Shown: one piece after another, positions 18,374 to 28,598 of the stretch
How the letters are laid out: every line of letters starts with the position of its first letter
Numbering within the stretch: position 1 is the first letter of the stretch
From: Verrucomicrobiota bacterium
Lineage (GTDB): Bacteria; Verrucomicrobiota; Verrucomicrobiia; Limisphaerales; CANJSG01
Direction of reading: 5' to 3'
Length of the DNA stretch: 30,638 nucleotides
Assembly (NCBI GenBank): GCA_038209745.1
Contig: JBBQXJ010000059.1
Span: 1-30,638 of the forward strand
The notes under the pieces: generated by a model
Seen by the model: only the letters and a program-made list of their open reading frames with translations
Told to the model about the DNA's origin: nothing
The model's database searches: none
Position numbers and translations under genes: made by a program

Positions 18374-21300
18374 TAGTGCTGTTCTCCTTTCATTTCCGCA
18401 GCTGCGCCGTGGATCGGGGCTTCACCCGTTTCAGCGTGCTCCGTTCCGTGGCCATGCCCCTCGAACGGGCTGGCTTCATACTTCGTTTCATACTCCTTCG
18501 TAGTGAACGAGAGTTCGTAGGCGTCCGGCATCTTGGGGTTCGGATTACGGATGCGGGCCAAGTAGGTGACACGCGGCCGAGTTTCGAGGAATCCGAGCAC
18601 CTCGTAGTTGCGCTGGTGTTTGCGAAGCTTGGAGACCGCGCTCTCGGGGTCGATCAGGTTGCCGAAGACGATCGCTTCGGCCGGGCAGGCCTGGGCACAG
18701 GCCGTGGTGAAGGTGCCTTCCGGAACCTGCACATCGCCCGACGGTCCTGCTTTGACCTTCTGGTTGATCTTGGCCTCTTCGATGCGCTGGACGCACATGG
18801 TGCATTTTTCCATCACGCCGCGCATCCGGACGGTGACGTTCGGGTTCTTACCCAGCTTGATGATCTCCCACTCGGCCGACTTGTTCTTGTCGACGCCGAA
18901 GGGCCCTTTGTAGAGGGACGCATCGGTGCTGAACCAGCTCACGCTGCCCCGGGCGTCGGTCTTGGCCACCGCGTAGTCGTTCTCGCGCTTGTTGTAGTCG
19001 AAGAAATTGAATCGCCGGGCCTTATAGGGGCAGTTGTTCGAGCAATACCGCGTGCCGATGCAGCGGTTGTAGGCCATCACGTTCAGGCCTTCCTCGTCGT
19101 GGACGGTGGCGTTCACCGGACAGACGCTTTCGCACGGCGCGTTTTCGCAGTGCTGGCACATCATCGGCTGCGTCACCACCTGCGGATCTTCGATCCCGCC
19201 GGCGTAGTAGCGGTCGAGCCGGAGCCAGTGCATTTCCCGGCCCTTGATGACCTGGTCCTTGCCAACGATCGGGACGTTGTTTTCGCTCTGGCAAGCCACC
19301 ATGCAAGCGGAACAGCCAACGCAGGACGACAGGTCGACGACCATTCCCCACTGATGGATTTCACTCTTGAGGATTTGCCGACGGTCGGAGCGAGGGCCGG
19401 TCAGATTGCCCTTCTCCGAACTGAAATGTTCGTAGGGATGCTGATAGATGCCGGCGGGCCGCGCTTCAACCCCACCCGCCGTGCTGACAGGGGTCTTAGT
19501 GATGAAGGCACCATGGGACTCGATGTCCCAGTTCCGCGCGAAGTCTTCCTTCTTCTTCCAGTTGGCCAACGTGGCCTCGCGCACGATGGGACGGCCTTCC
19601 ATCGCACCATGTTCCTGCGTGGTCGCGATATGGGCGAACTTCCCGTCGAGAATCTTGAGCACCGCACCCGCCGCGAAGTAGGGAGCGGCCCAAGTGCGGG
19701 CGAGATAGGCGTTGAAGCCAGCGTGGCGACCAACGCGGCCGACAATCTGACGACCGTAGCCCAGAGCCACCGCGATGACGTTGTCCGCGAGACCGGGCTG
19801 CACCCAGGCGGGTCCGGTGAACTCCCGACCGCCGATCGTGACGGTGACGACATCGTTGCCCACGGTCGACTCGTTGCTTTTGAGCGTGTGGTCGACGTTC
19901 TCGGTTCCGCGCTGATTCTTGGGATCCGTGATTTTCAGCTTCAACGCCTTGGCGGTGGTGGCGCTGACGGCGATGACGTTTTCCCAAGTGTATTTGCCCA
20001 CCGGATCCGGCAATTCCTGGAGCCAGCCATTGTTGGCAAAGCGACCGTCGTCGACGCTGTTGTCGCGATGGAAGACGAGCTCGAAACGCCCTTCGGCCGG
20101 GGCGGCGGGAACGTTGTAGGCCAGGAGCGCGGCATTCGGAGCGACCAGCCGGACAGCCACCGGCTTGGCGGCGGAGTTGGCCATGAATCCGTCGTGCAGG
20201 AACCGCTTCCACTCCTCTTCCAGATTGAACTCGACCGTGATGCCGAAGAGCGAGCGGGCCTCACTGCGAAAGGTGTCACGGACCAAATCGTAGGAACGAA
20301 CCGTGTCGAGACCGGCGACACGGGCCAAGAGCTCCAGCTCGGTCATGCCGTCGAACAGAGGCGCGATGAGCGGCTGCACCGGAACGAGCGTGCCATCGGA
20401 GGTGCGACCATCGCCCCATGATTCAAGATAGTGCGCCTGGGTCAGGTGCCAGCCCGAAACTTTCGTGGTCTCGTCCTCGTAATAGCCGAGACGGACCACC
20501 TTGCCGGCCTTGGCGGCGGCGGCGGCGAAATCGAGATCGGCCGGTGCGTCGTAGGCGGGATTGCCTCCGGCGATGACCAGAGAGGCGACCTTGCCGGAAT
20601 TCAACTGCTGGGCGAGGTCCGCGATCGATCCGAACGCGGTATCGTCCGCCGGAAGGTATTCAACGGTCTGACCGACGGCCCCGAGGGCCACGTTGATCGC
20701 GTTGGCGAGCACATGGGCCACCAATGGCTGGCCCTGTCCCACCAGGACCAAAGCCGCACCCTTGTGCGCCACGAGATCGGCCGCGCACTCGGTCACCCAC
20801 TTCTCATTGGCGGCCGGGAACGAAGCCGACAATGCAGAACTGGCCGAGGCAAAGGCGCCAAACCCGGAAACCTGGCTGAAGACGACCGAGGCGAGTTTCG
20901 CCAGCGCGGGAACGATCTGGCTCGGGGCGGAGCGCAAACGGTGGTCGGCATTGATACCGGTCACGGTCATGATCCCCTCGACCACGTAGAGGCGGTTCAT
21001 TTCGTCGCTCGCCGACGAAGTCTTCCGACCCTTGGCGAAACGACGGATGCTGACCGCACTGTCCTCTTCACCCCCGAGGAAATCGCAGTCGAAAGCCGCA
21101 ATGGCCTTGGCCGAATCCAACTTGTAGTAGGGGCGGACCGACGTTCCAAAGGCCGCCGAGGCACCGATCGTGGCGACTTGCGGATCCACCGGTTCGTGAA
21201 CGAACAGACCGGCTTTGGGAAACTTCTTTTTTAGATCGGCCAGCACCCGGATCCGGGTGGGCGAGCTGCTCCGCTGCACCAAAATGGCCAATCCTTCGCC

Positions 21301-21858
21301 CTGGGTCTTGGCCGCATCGGCTGAAATTTCGGTCAGGACATCGGTCGCTGCCGAACGGGTGATCGTGCCGACGCTGTCTTTCGAGACCTTCCTGTAGCCC
21401 ATCGACCGATCCGGATCATACAGATCAAGGATCGAGGACTGGGAGTGGATATCGGTGCCGCCGTTGCTGTCAGGGTGCTGCTTGTTGCCTTCGACCTTGA
21501 TCGGCCGGCCGTCCATCGACTTGACCAGCAGCGGAACCGCGCCGGACTTGGTCGGCCGGGAAGAGGCATAAAAAACGGGCTTACCGTGGATGTAGCCCTC
21601 GGGCTGCTTGCCGAACGGAAGGATGTTCTCCTCCGGCCGACGGCATCCGGTCAAACCGAAGCCCGCCAAAAGAAAGGACGCCGACATCAGCTTCATGAAG
21701 CTGCGCCGACTCACCGGGTCGCTCAGCTCGCTGGCTCCGGCGGGAAACTCCTTCTCGACCCAGTTGCGGAACTCGGGAGTCTCGGCCACTTGGTCCAGGC
21801 TGCGCCAGTATTTCGGGCCGACTTCCGGCTCAGGACATTGAGGGGGAATCGTTTTCAT
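18373..21858 (-). CDS. actB: Alternative complex III subunit B (molybdopterin-oxidoreductase-like domain fused to Fe-S domain)
   Basis: YWRSL, twin-arginine SRRSFMKL, lipobox LTGC, and Fe-S motifs [38 protein letters not shown] and CTMC...CAQACP. True start is ATG 21858, in ATGA overlap with actA. Confidence 0.92.
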   Translation of the reverse strand: MKTIPPQCPEPEVGPKYWRSLDQVAETPEFRNWVEKEFPAGASELSDPVSRRSFMKLMSASFLLAGFGLTGCRRPEENILPFGKQPEGYIHGKPVFYASSRPTKSGAVPLLVKSMDGRPIKVEGNKQHPDSNGGTDIHSQSSILDLYDPDRSMGYRKVSKDSVGTITRSAATDVLTEISADAAKTQGEGLAILVQRSSSPTRIRVLADLKKKFPKAGLFVHEPVDPQVATIGASAAFGTSVRPYYKLDSAKAIAAFDCDFLGGEEDSAVSIRRFAKGRKTSSASDEMNRLYVVEGIMTVTGINADHRLRSAPSQIVPALAKLASVVFSQVSGFGAFASASSALSASFPAANEKWVTECAADLVAHKGAALVLVGQGQPLVAHVLANAINVALGAVGQTVEYLPADDTAFGSIADLAQQLNSGKVASLVIAGGNPAYDAPADLDFAAAAAKAGKVVRLGYYEDETTKVSGWHLTQAHYLESWGDGRTSDGTLVPVQPLIAPLFDGMTELELLARVAGLDTVRSYDLVRDTFRSEARSLFGITVEFNLEEEWKRFLHDGFMANSAAKPVAVRLVAPNAALLAYNVPAAPAEGRFELVFHRDNSVDDGRFANNGWLQELPDPVGKYTWENVIAVSATTAKALKLKITDPKNQRGTENVDHTLKSNESTVGNDVVTVTIGGREFTGPAWVQPGLADNVIAVALGYGRQIVGRVGRHAGFNAYLARTWAAPYFAAGAVLKILDGKFAHIATTQEHGAMEGRPIVREATLANWKKKEDFARNWDIESHGAFITKTPVSTAGGVEARPAGIYQHPYEHFSSEKGNLTGPRSDRRQILKSEIHQWGMVVDLSSCVGCSACMVACQSENNVPIVGKDQVIKGREMHWLRLDRYYAGGIEDPQVVTQPMMCQHCENAPCESVCPVNATVHDEEGLNVMAYNRCIGTRYCSNNCPYKARRFNFFDYNKRENDYAVAKTDARGSVSWFSTDASLYKGPFGVDKNKSAEWEIIKLGKNPNVTVRMRGVMEKCTMCVQRIEEAKINQKVKAGPSGDVQVPEGTFTTACAQACPAEAIVFGNLIDPESAVSKLRKHQRNYEVLGFLETRPRVTYLARIRNPNPKMPDAYELSFTTKEYETKYEASPFEGHGHGTEHAETGEAPIHGAAAEMKGEQH

Positions 21859-22505
21859 CGATGACAGGCCGAGCAGTTCTGGGAAGCGTTGACCTTCCAG
21901 TCGTGGGCGAACTTCTTGCCGTCCGACAACTGTTTCTCCGGGTTGATCTGGAGGTCGAGATTGAAGACATCCTTCGGGTCGCGCAGGGCCTTCTCGGGAT
22001 TCCGATGGCACTCCAGGCAGAACAACATGCTCAGCGGCTTGGCGTGGTACACCTCGTCCATGTGGTTGACCTGGCCGTGGCACTCCACGCAGCTCACTCC
22101 ACGGGTCACATGGACGGAGTGGTTGAAGTAGACGTAGTCCGGAGTCTTGTGGATCTGCACCCACTTCACCGGCTCGCCCGTCTCGTAGCTGTGCCGGATC
22201 GGCTCCAGCTTCGGCGATTCCTTGAGCACGATGCTGTGGCAGTTCATGCAGGTGTTCGCCGAAGGAATATTGGAGAACCAGGACTTCTCCACCCCGTTGT
22301 GGCAATACCGGCAGTCCAGCGCCAACTGGTTCGCATGGATGTCATGCGAAAAGGCCACGGGCTGGACCGGCTGATAGCCGACACGCGTGAACTTCGACGT
22401 GAAATAGTAGTTGATGCCGGCCGTGGCGGCGCCACCCAGCAATATCAACCCGACGCCGATTTTCCACGGCAACGAGTTGGTCCATTTTGGAAAGATGTCA
22501 GACAT
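21855..22505 (-). CDS. actA: Alternative complex III subunit A (pentahaem cytochrome c)
   Basis: TM anchor, QPVAFSHDIH and five CxxCH motifs (CRYCH, CMNCH, CVECH, CLECH, CSACH). Confidence 0.92.
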   Translation of the reverse strand: MSDIFPKWTNSLPWKIGVGLILLGGAATAGINYYFTSKFTRVGYQPVQPVAFSHDIHANQLALDCRYCHNGVEKSWFSNIPSANTCMNCHSIVLKESPKLEPIRHSYETGEPVKWVQIHKTPDYVYFNHSVHVTRGVSCVECHGQVNHMDEVYHAKPLSMLFCLECHRNPEKALRDPKDVFNLDLQINPEKQLSDGKKFAHDWKVNASQNCSACHR

Positions 22506-22684
22506 TCAAACGCTCCGGTCCAATGCAAGCGACCCGCTCCATAAGTCCAACTGCCAAGTGGGCGGGCACGGCCGATGACCAAGGTTGTTGCACATGTTCT
22601 GTAAAAAATACGGCCGCTTCAGACGAAACGGCCGCTGTCGACGGCCCCTGTTCTAATTTCCGCCCGCAGAACAGCAAGAAAAGT

Positions 22685-22702
22685 TTGTGAAATTTTTCAC
22701 GA
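22685..22702. promoter_or_regulatory. Rex- or CRP/FNR-family-like palindromic operator upstream of actA
   Basis: TTGTGAA-ATTT-TTCACGA matches the Rex consensus TTGTGAA-N4-TTCACAA at 13/14 positions. It also reads as TGTGA-N6-TCACG. Confidence 0.6.
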
Positions 22703-22821
22703 ATTCGATCTGCTTAATGATTCCGATAAGGATTCGGCGGACAGAAGAGCGGGCTTTTTCAGAAGTCGGCCAAGGAAAATTCCTTCGGTTTTCGTCCATG
22801 GGCGGCAGCTTCATCCATGAC

Positions 22822-23172
22822 ATGAGCGATCAACGGACCGACTTCGAACTGCTGGCCGCCTTCGGGCGTGAGGGAGAGGAAGCGGCCTTCCGTCGACTGG
22901 TTCGCCGGCACCTCGATCTGGTCTACGCCACGGCCTTGCGAAAGGGCACCGACCCGGGAGCCGCCGAGGAGATCGCGCAGAACGTCTTCCACGCCCTCGC
23001 CCGCAAAGCCACCCGCTTCGCCTCCGACACGTCCCTCCCGGCCTGGCTCCATCGAACCGCGCTGCTGGAATCCTGCCAATGGCTCCGGGGCAAACTCCGT
23101 CGCCGTCGCCGCGAGGAAACCGCCGCCCAACTCGGCACGACCATGACCGCTCCCGATGGAGCTCCCGCCTAG
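22822..23172 (+). pseudogene. Truncated ECF sigma-70 factor (region 2 only)
   Basis: DFELL...EAAFRRLVRRHLDLVYATALR...AEEIAQNVF...LPAWLHRTA...RRRRREE. It stops after 116 aa, and I saw no region-4 HTH downstream. Confidence 0.75.
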
Positions 23173-23230
23173 CTGTGATGTTCCAGAAGGTTGTTCTTGC
23201 GAGGCGGAGTTGGAACGAGGCAGTGGGGAT

Positions 23231-23373
23231 GGGGAGCGCGCCCGCCCCGGGCGCAGTGGACAGCGCCCTCGCGGTCCATCGGAGGCGCAGGCAACGATTC
23301 CCCCCTGGTTTAGCCGGACGCGTCAGGGTCCGACGCGGGGCGCGCCGGACGGCAGCCGGGGCGGCTGCGCTCC
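23231..23373. repeat. REP-like inverted element, family C
   Basis: ggggagcgcgcccgccccggg... at the left end pairs imperfectly with ...ccggggcggctgcgctcc at the right end. Both arms have internal hairpins. Confidence 0.6.
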
Positions 23374-23449
23374 TCCTTCATTTCCTCTGCCTCGTTTCGG
23401 CTCAGACACGGCCGCGCCGCAAATGAGCGCAACCGGGTGATCCGCCTCG

Positions 23450-24784
23450 TCACGCCGGCGGCAACTCCGCCTTCGCGCCGTGCGTCAAGGTCTGCGCGAG
23501 TTCGAAACAGCCGATCGTCTCCTTGGCCATGCGGGCGATGTGGAAGTGGTCGCAGACGGACTGACGCGCGGCGGCGCCCAAGGTCCGCGCCCACTCCGGA
23601 TGCTCGAGCAGGTCTTGGATGGCGTCGGCCAAGGCGGGGACATTGCCGGGCGGAGTCAGAACTCCGCCGTTCGCTTTTTCCACGATCTCCGGAAAGCCGC
23701 CATGGCGCGGCTGCACGACCGGCAGGCCGGCAGCCATGGCCTCGATGACATATAGGCCGAAGGCTTCGCCGTAGAGCGCGGGGGTACAGAAGATGTCGCA
23801 ACCGCCGAAAAAGCGGAGTTTGTCTTCGCGGTCCACGTTCGGGAACCAACGGACTTCGTCCATCAAGCCCGCCTCGGCGAGCCGCGACTTCTGCTGGAAA
23901 ACGAAGGCTTCGTCGCTCGGCCCGAAGCCGCCACCGACATGGAACAGCAGCTTCCGAGTGGCAGGACGGCTCTTCAGTTCGATGAACGCGCTGACCGCGT
24001 CATCAAGGCCCTTGTCGCGACACATCCGGGCGAAGAACCCGAGCACGGGCGGCTCATGGAACCTTTTTCTCGCCGAAGCCACGTCGCCGTAGCCGTCGAG
24101 GTTGATGCCGTTGTGGACGACCTTCACCCGTTCGGGTCGCAGGCCGAGCCGCTCGGTCATGCGGTCCGCGAAGTAGCGGCTCGGAGCGATGAACAGATCG
24201 CAGTCGCGGGCTCTATCGCGGAGCGCCGCCCAAGCCCGGTCGCGATGCGATTCCGGCATCGAATCGAGGAACGTGTCCTCCCCCTGGAGCACACAGACAA
24301 CGGGACAATTGAGCTCCTGCTTCAGCCGGCGGGCGAAGCCACAGAGCAAGGCGTTGGAGAGGCAGACGACGTCGGGTCGTTCGTGAACCTTGAGCCAGGC
24401 GGCCAGTTCCTCCAGTTCACGGGCTTGGTTGCCTTCCTCGCCGTGGATCATGGAGATGGCGATGTCGCCCACGTCGGCGGCGCGGGTCTTGCCGGCGTGT
24501 TTGCCCGCCATCTTCAGCAGCATCGGCGAGGCGAAAATGCGATGGACCCACTTCGGCGCCCGGCGGAACCAAGACCATTTCTGCTCGAAGTAGACGTTGA
24601 TGCCGCTGAAGAAGGTCGGGGTGCCGGCGGTCTGGTCGGCTTCGTCCAGGGTGAGCGGCAGATAGAGCGGCACCATCAGGGCGTGGTGTCCTTCCCGACG
24701 CAGCTCCGCGACGAGCGCGTTGTCGCGGAAGCAGCCGCCGCAAAACATTCCACCGGCTCCGGGCGTGATCTGGACGATGTTCAT
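23450..24784 (-). CDS. GT4-family (GT-B) glycosyltransferase with an N-terminal CxxC
   Basis: MNIVQITPGAGGMFCGGCFRDN, VVHNGI, DKG and EAFGLYVIEAMAAGLPVV (Ex7E). Start ATG 24784 overlaps the MTase stop (ATGA). Confidence 0.9.
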   Translation of the reverse strand: MNIVQITPGAGGMFCGGCFRDNALVAELRREGHHALMVPLYLPLTLDEADQTAGTPTFFSGINVYFEQKWSWFRRAPKWVHRIFASPMLLKMAGKHAGKTRAADVGDIAISMIHGEEGNQARELEELAAWLKVHERPDVVCLSNALLCGFARRLKQELNCPVVCVLQGEDTFLDSMPESHRDRAWAALRDRARDCDLFIAPSRYFADRMTERLGLRPERVKVVHNGINLDGYGDVASARKRFHEPPVLGFFARMCRDKGLDDAVSAFIELKSRPATRKLLFHVGGGFGPSDEAFVFQQKSRLAEAGLMDEVRWFPNVDREDKLRFFGGCDIFCTPALYGEAFGLYVIEAMAAGLPVVQPRHGGFPEIVEKANGGVLTPPGNVPALADAIQDLLEHPEWARTLGAAARQSVCDHFHIARMAKETIGCFELAQTLTHGAKAELPPA

Positions 24785-25965
24785 GTCTTCTGAAACACAA
24801 CGATTCGGTTGGTGTTGGTGCCTTTGCTGCCGTTGCTCACACCCCAACAGTTCGAGGTCTTGGTGAACCGCTGGGAATTGATCATCACTTGGACCGGCCG
24901 CAACCCAGCTTTCTCGCCTGCTTGGAGAACGTTCTCTTCCAATCGAACTCGTCCACCACGGACTTCGCCCACTTCGAATGCCATGTGTCCTCCGGGTTGA
25001 AGCACCCGCCGACATTCGGCCATCGCGGTGGTCATCACCTCGGTCCACTCGTCCAAGCAACGGAAAAGGGACAGTTGGCCATCCTCCAAGCGGACCCCGG
25101 CGAACCACGACCGGAGCCAGTTGTCGGCTGCGTAATCCACCGTATCGAGAAACGGCGGGGACGTGACGATCAATCGGATGGACCCCGTTTCGATGCCTGA
25201 CAGATCCGTCGCTGATCCGATGAAAAGACGAGCTTCTTCCCGGACACCGGCCAGCCGGGCCCTGTCATCCGGCGTCACGTCCGCCAAGAGGGCTTTCGAC
25301 TTCTTGAGCACCAGATTCGACACGCTCCGCCTCGGAGGTGTCTGCTTCAGCCGTTCGTTGATCTTCCGCTGGGACGCGACGGACACCGCTTGATTGGGCG
25401 GCAGAGTATAGACGGAAAAAAAGCCCGGCGAATGGCCCGTCAACCGGTTCAAGGCGACCATCCGGATCCAATCGTCCACCCCGTCCAATTCGCCCGACGC
25501 CTCGCGCTGCACCAGATAGTTTCGGAGGGCACCGATCTCCCGGAGCGTCTCCGGATGATAGAACACCAGAAGATCGGCCGGGCACTGCGACTGCGCCTCG
25601 AAATCGATGCCGGCCAGTCGTTCCGCGACAGCCGCCAATTCAGGCGGAGTCAACCGGGGTCGCGCCAGACACGCGCACAGCGGATTCGCGTCCACCCCCA
25701 CAGGAACTCGCCCCAACAAAGCGGCTTCGATCAGAGTCGTTCCACGCCCCATGAAAGGATCAAGGACTCGCTCGCCCGGTAACGAGAAGCGTTCGATGAA
25801 ATGCTTCGGGAGCTGGGGTTTGAAACACGCCCGGTAGGAGACTTCGTGCAGGCTATGCGCAGCCCGCTGCTTCGCGGTCCAAAACTCGTCGATCAAGACC
25901 GGAACGTCGGAACGCGGTTCGTTGGCCAGAGCGTTCTCCGGAGGTTCGACAGTCAGCACGCTCAT
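24781..25965 (-). CDS. Orphan amino (N4-C/N6-A) DNA methyltransferase-like protein
   Basis: SAM motif VLDPFMGRGTT is N-terminal and the catalytic IVTSPPF is C-terminal, with RVLQPGG after it. No restriction endonuclease is adjacent. Confidence 0.8.
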   Translation of the reverse strand: MSVLTVEPPENALANEPRSDVPVLIDEFWTAKQRAAHSLHEVSYRACFKPQLPKHFIERFSLPGERVLDPFMGRGTTLIEAALLGRVPVGVDANPLCACLARPRLTPPELAAVAERLAGIDFEAQSQCPADLLVFYHPETLREIGALRNYLVQREASGELDGVDDWIRMVALNRLTGHSPGFFSVYTLPPNQAVSVASQRKINERLKQTPPRRSVSNLVLKKSKALLADVTPDDRARLAGVREEARLFIGSATDLSGIETGSIRLIVTSPPFLDTVDYAADNWLRSWFAGVRLEDGQLSLFRCLDEWTEVMTTAMAECRRVLQPGGHMAFEVGEVRGGRVRLEENVLQAGEKAGLRPVQVMINSQRFTKTSNCWGVSNGSKGTNTNRIVVFQKT

Positions 25966-26196
25966 AGGAGGGCTTTCTCCGAATGAGGCCCATGATGGCT
26001 GCGGCTTTGCCGGTCGGCTCCGGGGGTGTTCTGGACGATGTTCATGGATCAGATTTCAACTCGGACTCTGCCAGTTGGATACAGCCTTCAGCCAGCCTGA
26101 TTACCCCACTGTGAGAGACTGTTTGAAAAACAGAAAGGCCGAGACAGACGACCCATTTATCCAGTTCAGCACCACGGTTGAATCGGGCCGGTATTT

Positions 26197-26253
26197 CAAT
26201 CCGGAGGATTGGCATCCATTGGCCGGGGGTTGAGCGGAGCGACACTCCCGGAA
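26197..26253. repeat. Single arm of REP-like family A
   Basis: caatccggaggattggcatccattggccgggggttgagcggagcgacactcccggaa closely matches 291-347. Confidence 0.8.
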
Positions 26254-26270
26254 GTCTTTTCGGACAGACC

Positions 26271-27533
26271 CTATGCTTCGACCTTCGACGGCATCGGCCG
26301 TCCATACGGCAGCGGCTCGGGGATCTCGGTGAATTCGGCGAAGCGGCTGAAGAGTTCGGTGAAGTCCTTGTTCACGTCGCCGGACAGGCAGTCGGTGATG
26401 TGGTCCTTCGCCTCGGGATATTTGTCGGTGACGGTGCGGAAGGTGATCGTGGGATCGTAGAAGGCGTAGACCAGCTTCCGCATGTTCTCGATGCCCTGGA
26501 TCATCGCTTCGCTGTAGTCGGAGAAGCGGGCGGCGGACACATCGTTCGCGGCCAAGGCGGCATCCACCGCATCGGCGGCCATCACGCCGCTCTTCAACGC
26601 CAGCATGACGCCGGAGGAGAAGACCGGATCAAGGAAGCCGAAGGCGTCTCCCAACAGCAGCAGGCCGTCGCGGCCGCCGAACTCGGAGCGGAAGGTGTAT
26701 TCGCTCGTGATCCAATACTCGTCGGTGCACTGGCCGTGGGAGAGGTATTCCTTGATCCAGAGGTTGTTCTCCACTTCGCGGTGGAACATCTCCTTGGGAT
26801 CCTTCACGCCGCCGCGCGCCAGAAACTTGCCGTCGGCCACGACACCCACGCTGACGCGGTCGTCATGGAGCGGGAGATACCAGAACCAGCCCTTCTCGGG
26901 AATGAAGGCCACGGTGGTGGCGCCTTCGTCACGGCCGGTGTCACGCTTGGCTCCCTTGTAGTAGGTCCAGACGGCGACCTTGTTCAGCTTTGGATCCTTG
27001 CGGCGCCAGTTGAACTTCACGGCCGCGAACGATTCCTTGCCCGTGCAATCGAGCGTCATGCGGGCGCGGAACTCCATCGCCTTGCCGTCCTTGTCGTGGC
27101 CCTTGGCGCCGACGATCTGATCGTCTTCCAGCAACAGATCTTCGACCGTGAATTCCTCCAGGACTTCCGCGCCCTTGCCCCGGGCGTGGTTGATGAGCAT
27201 TTCGTCGAACTCGGCGCGGTCGACCTGCCATGTCTGGGAGACGTCCTCGTCGTAGCGGTTGTTGAAGAAGAACGGCTGCGACTGGCGTCCGCTGGGGCCG
27301 ACAAACTGGACGGAATACTTTTTGATGAAATGGGACTTCCGCAGCGGCTCGATCAGGCCGAGACGCTTGAGCGGACCGTAGTTGAAGGGGAGGAGCGACT
27401 CGCCGATGTGGTAGCGGGGGAACTTCTCCCGTTCGAGCACCAGCACGCGGCGGCCCTGTTCGGCGAGGATGGCGGCCGCGCTGGATCCCGAGGGACCGGC
27501 TCCGATGATGAGGACGTCGTATTGCTTTTCCAT
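26271..27533 (-). CDS. FAD-dependent oxidoreductase, flavin-dependent halogenase-like
   Basis: GAGPSG, FPRYHIGESLLP, FIKKYS, VDRAEFD, GWFWYLP and GDAFGFLDPVFSSGV. Start ATG 27533. Confidence 0.8.
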   Translation of the reverse strand: MEKQYDVLIIGAGPSGSSAAAILAEQGRRVLVLEREKFPRYHIGESLLPFNYGPLKRLGLIEPLRKSHFIKKYSVQFVGPSGRQSQPFFFNNRYDEDVSQTWQVDRAEFDEMLINHARGKGAEVLEEFTVEDLLLEDDQIVGAKGHDKDGKAMEFRARMTLDCTGKESFAAVKFNWRRKDPKLNKVAVWTYYKGAKRDTGRDEGATTVAFIPEKGWFWYLPLHDDRVSVGVVADGKFLARGGVKDPKEMFHREVENNLWIKEYLSHGQCTDEYWITSEYTFRSEFGGRDGLLLLGDAFGFLDPVFSSGVMLALKSGVMAADAVDAALAANDVSAARFSDYSEAMIQGIENMRKLVYAFYDPTITFRTVTDKYPEAKDHITDCLSGDVNKDFTELFSRFAEFTEIPEPLPYGRPMPSKVEA

Positions 27534-27602
27534 AGGCTCGGCATCGGCCGGAAGGCCCGACGGCGACGGCATTGCCGCGACGGTCTCCGGATCAACCCCC
27601 CG

Positions 27603-27630
27603 AAAGTATGCACACGTATTAGTTTTGCAA
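27603..27630 (-). promoter_or_regulatory. Putative sigma70 promoter (TTGCAA-N16-TACTTT) for the FAD enzyme gene
   Basis: Minus-strand AT-rich patch about 70 nt upstream of the ATG. Confidence 0.5.
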
Positions 27631-27671
27631 GGGCGCCAGGCCGGAATACCTGCGGGAGCGGCTCTCGGCGA

Positions 27672-28583
27672 TCAGCGCTTCAACGCGATCGGCACCGCTT
27701 TGGGTTCCGGAGCCGGCGCGGGACCGACGGGCACCGGCTGCCGATGCTCCTGCCAACGGGTGAGGATCAAGGACGCGACGAAGAGAAGGAACCCGACCAG
27801 CACGATGATCGGTCCCGGCTGGATCCGACCGGAGGAATTGGACGCCACCAAGCCGGTGATCGCCGAGGTGATCGCCGAGGCGAGCGAAAGGACCACGATC
27901 TTCGCCATCGTCCGGCCCCAGAGCATGCCGATCACGCCGGGAATGATGAGCAGCGCCGTCACGATCAAGACACCCACCACGCGGGTGGAGAGCACGACCG
28001 TCGCGGCGACCAGAAGCATCAGTCCGTAGCGCAGGAAGAACGTCGGCACCCGGGTCACCCGCGCCAGATCCTCGTCAAAGGTCCAGGACCCCAGCCAGCG
28101 CCAGCAGCGCAGCACGAACAACGTGGTCAAAAGAGCGAGGCCGGCGAGCAACCAAACCTCCAGCGGATTCACGGCGAGGATGCTGCCGAAAAAGAAGTGC
28201 TCGAGATGGCCCGAAGCCCGGTTCTTCCATGACAGCAAGACGACGCCCAACGAAAAGGCCGCAAGGTAGCAGACGCCGACGGCCGTGTCCGATGAGATGC
28301 GCCGCTGTCCGCTGATGTAGGCCATGGCCGCCGCGACGACGCAGGTGAAGAGGAAGCTGATGATGTAGGCGGGCAGAGTGGGGTTCGGCCCCAGATTGAG
28401 CGCAAAGATCCCGAGCGCCAAGCCACCGAGACTGGCATGGGCCAAGCCGTCGGCCGAGAACGACAGACGACGCAGGACGACAAACGGAGAGAGCAGCCCG
28501 CAGGTCACCGCGAGGAACAGGCCCGCCAACAGGGCCCGGCGCATGAAATCGTATTCAGCGAAGGAAGTGATGCTCTCGAACAT
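27672..28583 (-). CDS. znuB: Zn/Mn ABC transporter permease (ZnuB-like)
   Basis: FMRRALLAG, VVLRRLSFSADGLAHASLGG, FFFGSIL, TFDEDLA and VVGVLIVTALLIIP. Confidence 0.88.
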   Translation of the reverse strand: MFESITSFAEYDFMRRALLAGLFLAVTCGLLSPFVVLRRLSFSADGLAHASLGGLALGIFALNLGPNPTLPAYIISFLFTCVVAAAMAYISGQRRISSDTAVGVCYLAAFSLGVVLLSWKNRASGHLEHFFFGSILAVNPLEVWLLAGLALLTTLFVLRCWRWLGSWTFDEDLARVTRVPTFFLRYGLMLLVAATVVLSTRVVGVLIVTALLIIPGVIGMLWGRTMAKIVVLSLASAITSAITGLVASNSSGRIQPGPIIVLVGFLLFVASLILTRWQEHRQPVPVGPAPAPEPKAVPIALKR

Positions 28584-28598
28584 GGCGGCGAAAAACAG

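Noticed and set aside
21859..22305. Apparent 149-aa N-terminal extension of ActB, suggesting a frameshifted ActA-ActB fusion
   Set aside because: It is an alternative frame within actA. A standard ATGA overlap at 21855-21858 explains the junction and no slippery site is evident.
24785..25108. Upstream extension of the glycosyltransferase ORF
   Set aside because: It lies inside the MTase in another frame. The GT-B N-terminus begins at ATG 24784.
26042..26196. Lower-GC intergenic patch with a short ORF tail (VIRLAEGCIQLAESELKS) and an IS-end-like gagactgtttgaaaa
   Set aside because: It may be a decayed gene or IS remnant, but I saw no partner inverted repeat, target duplication or transposase.
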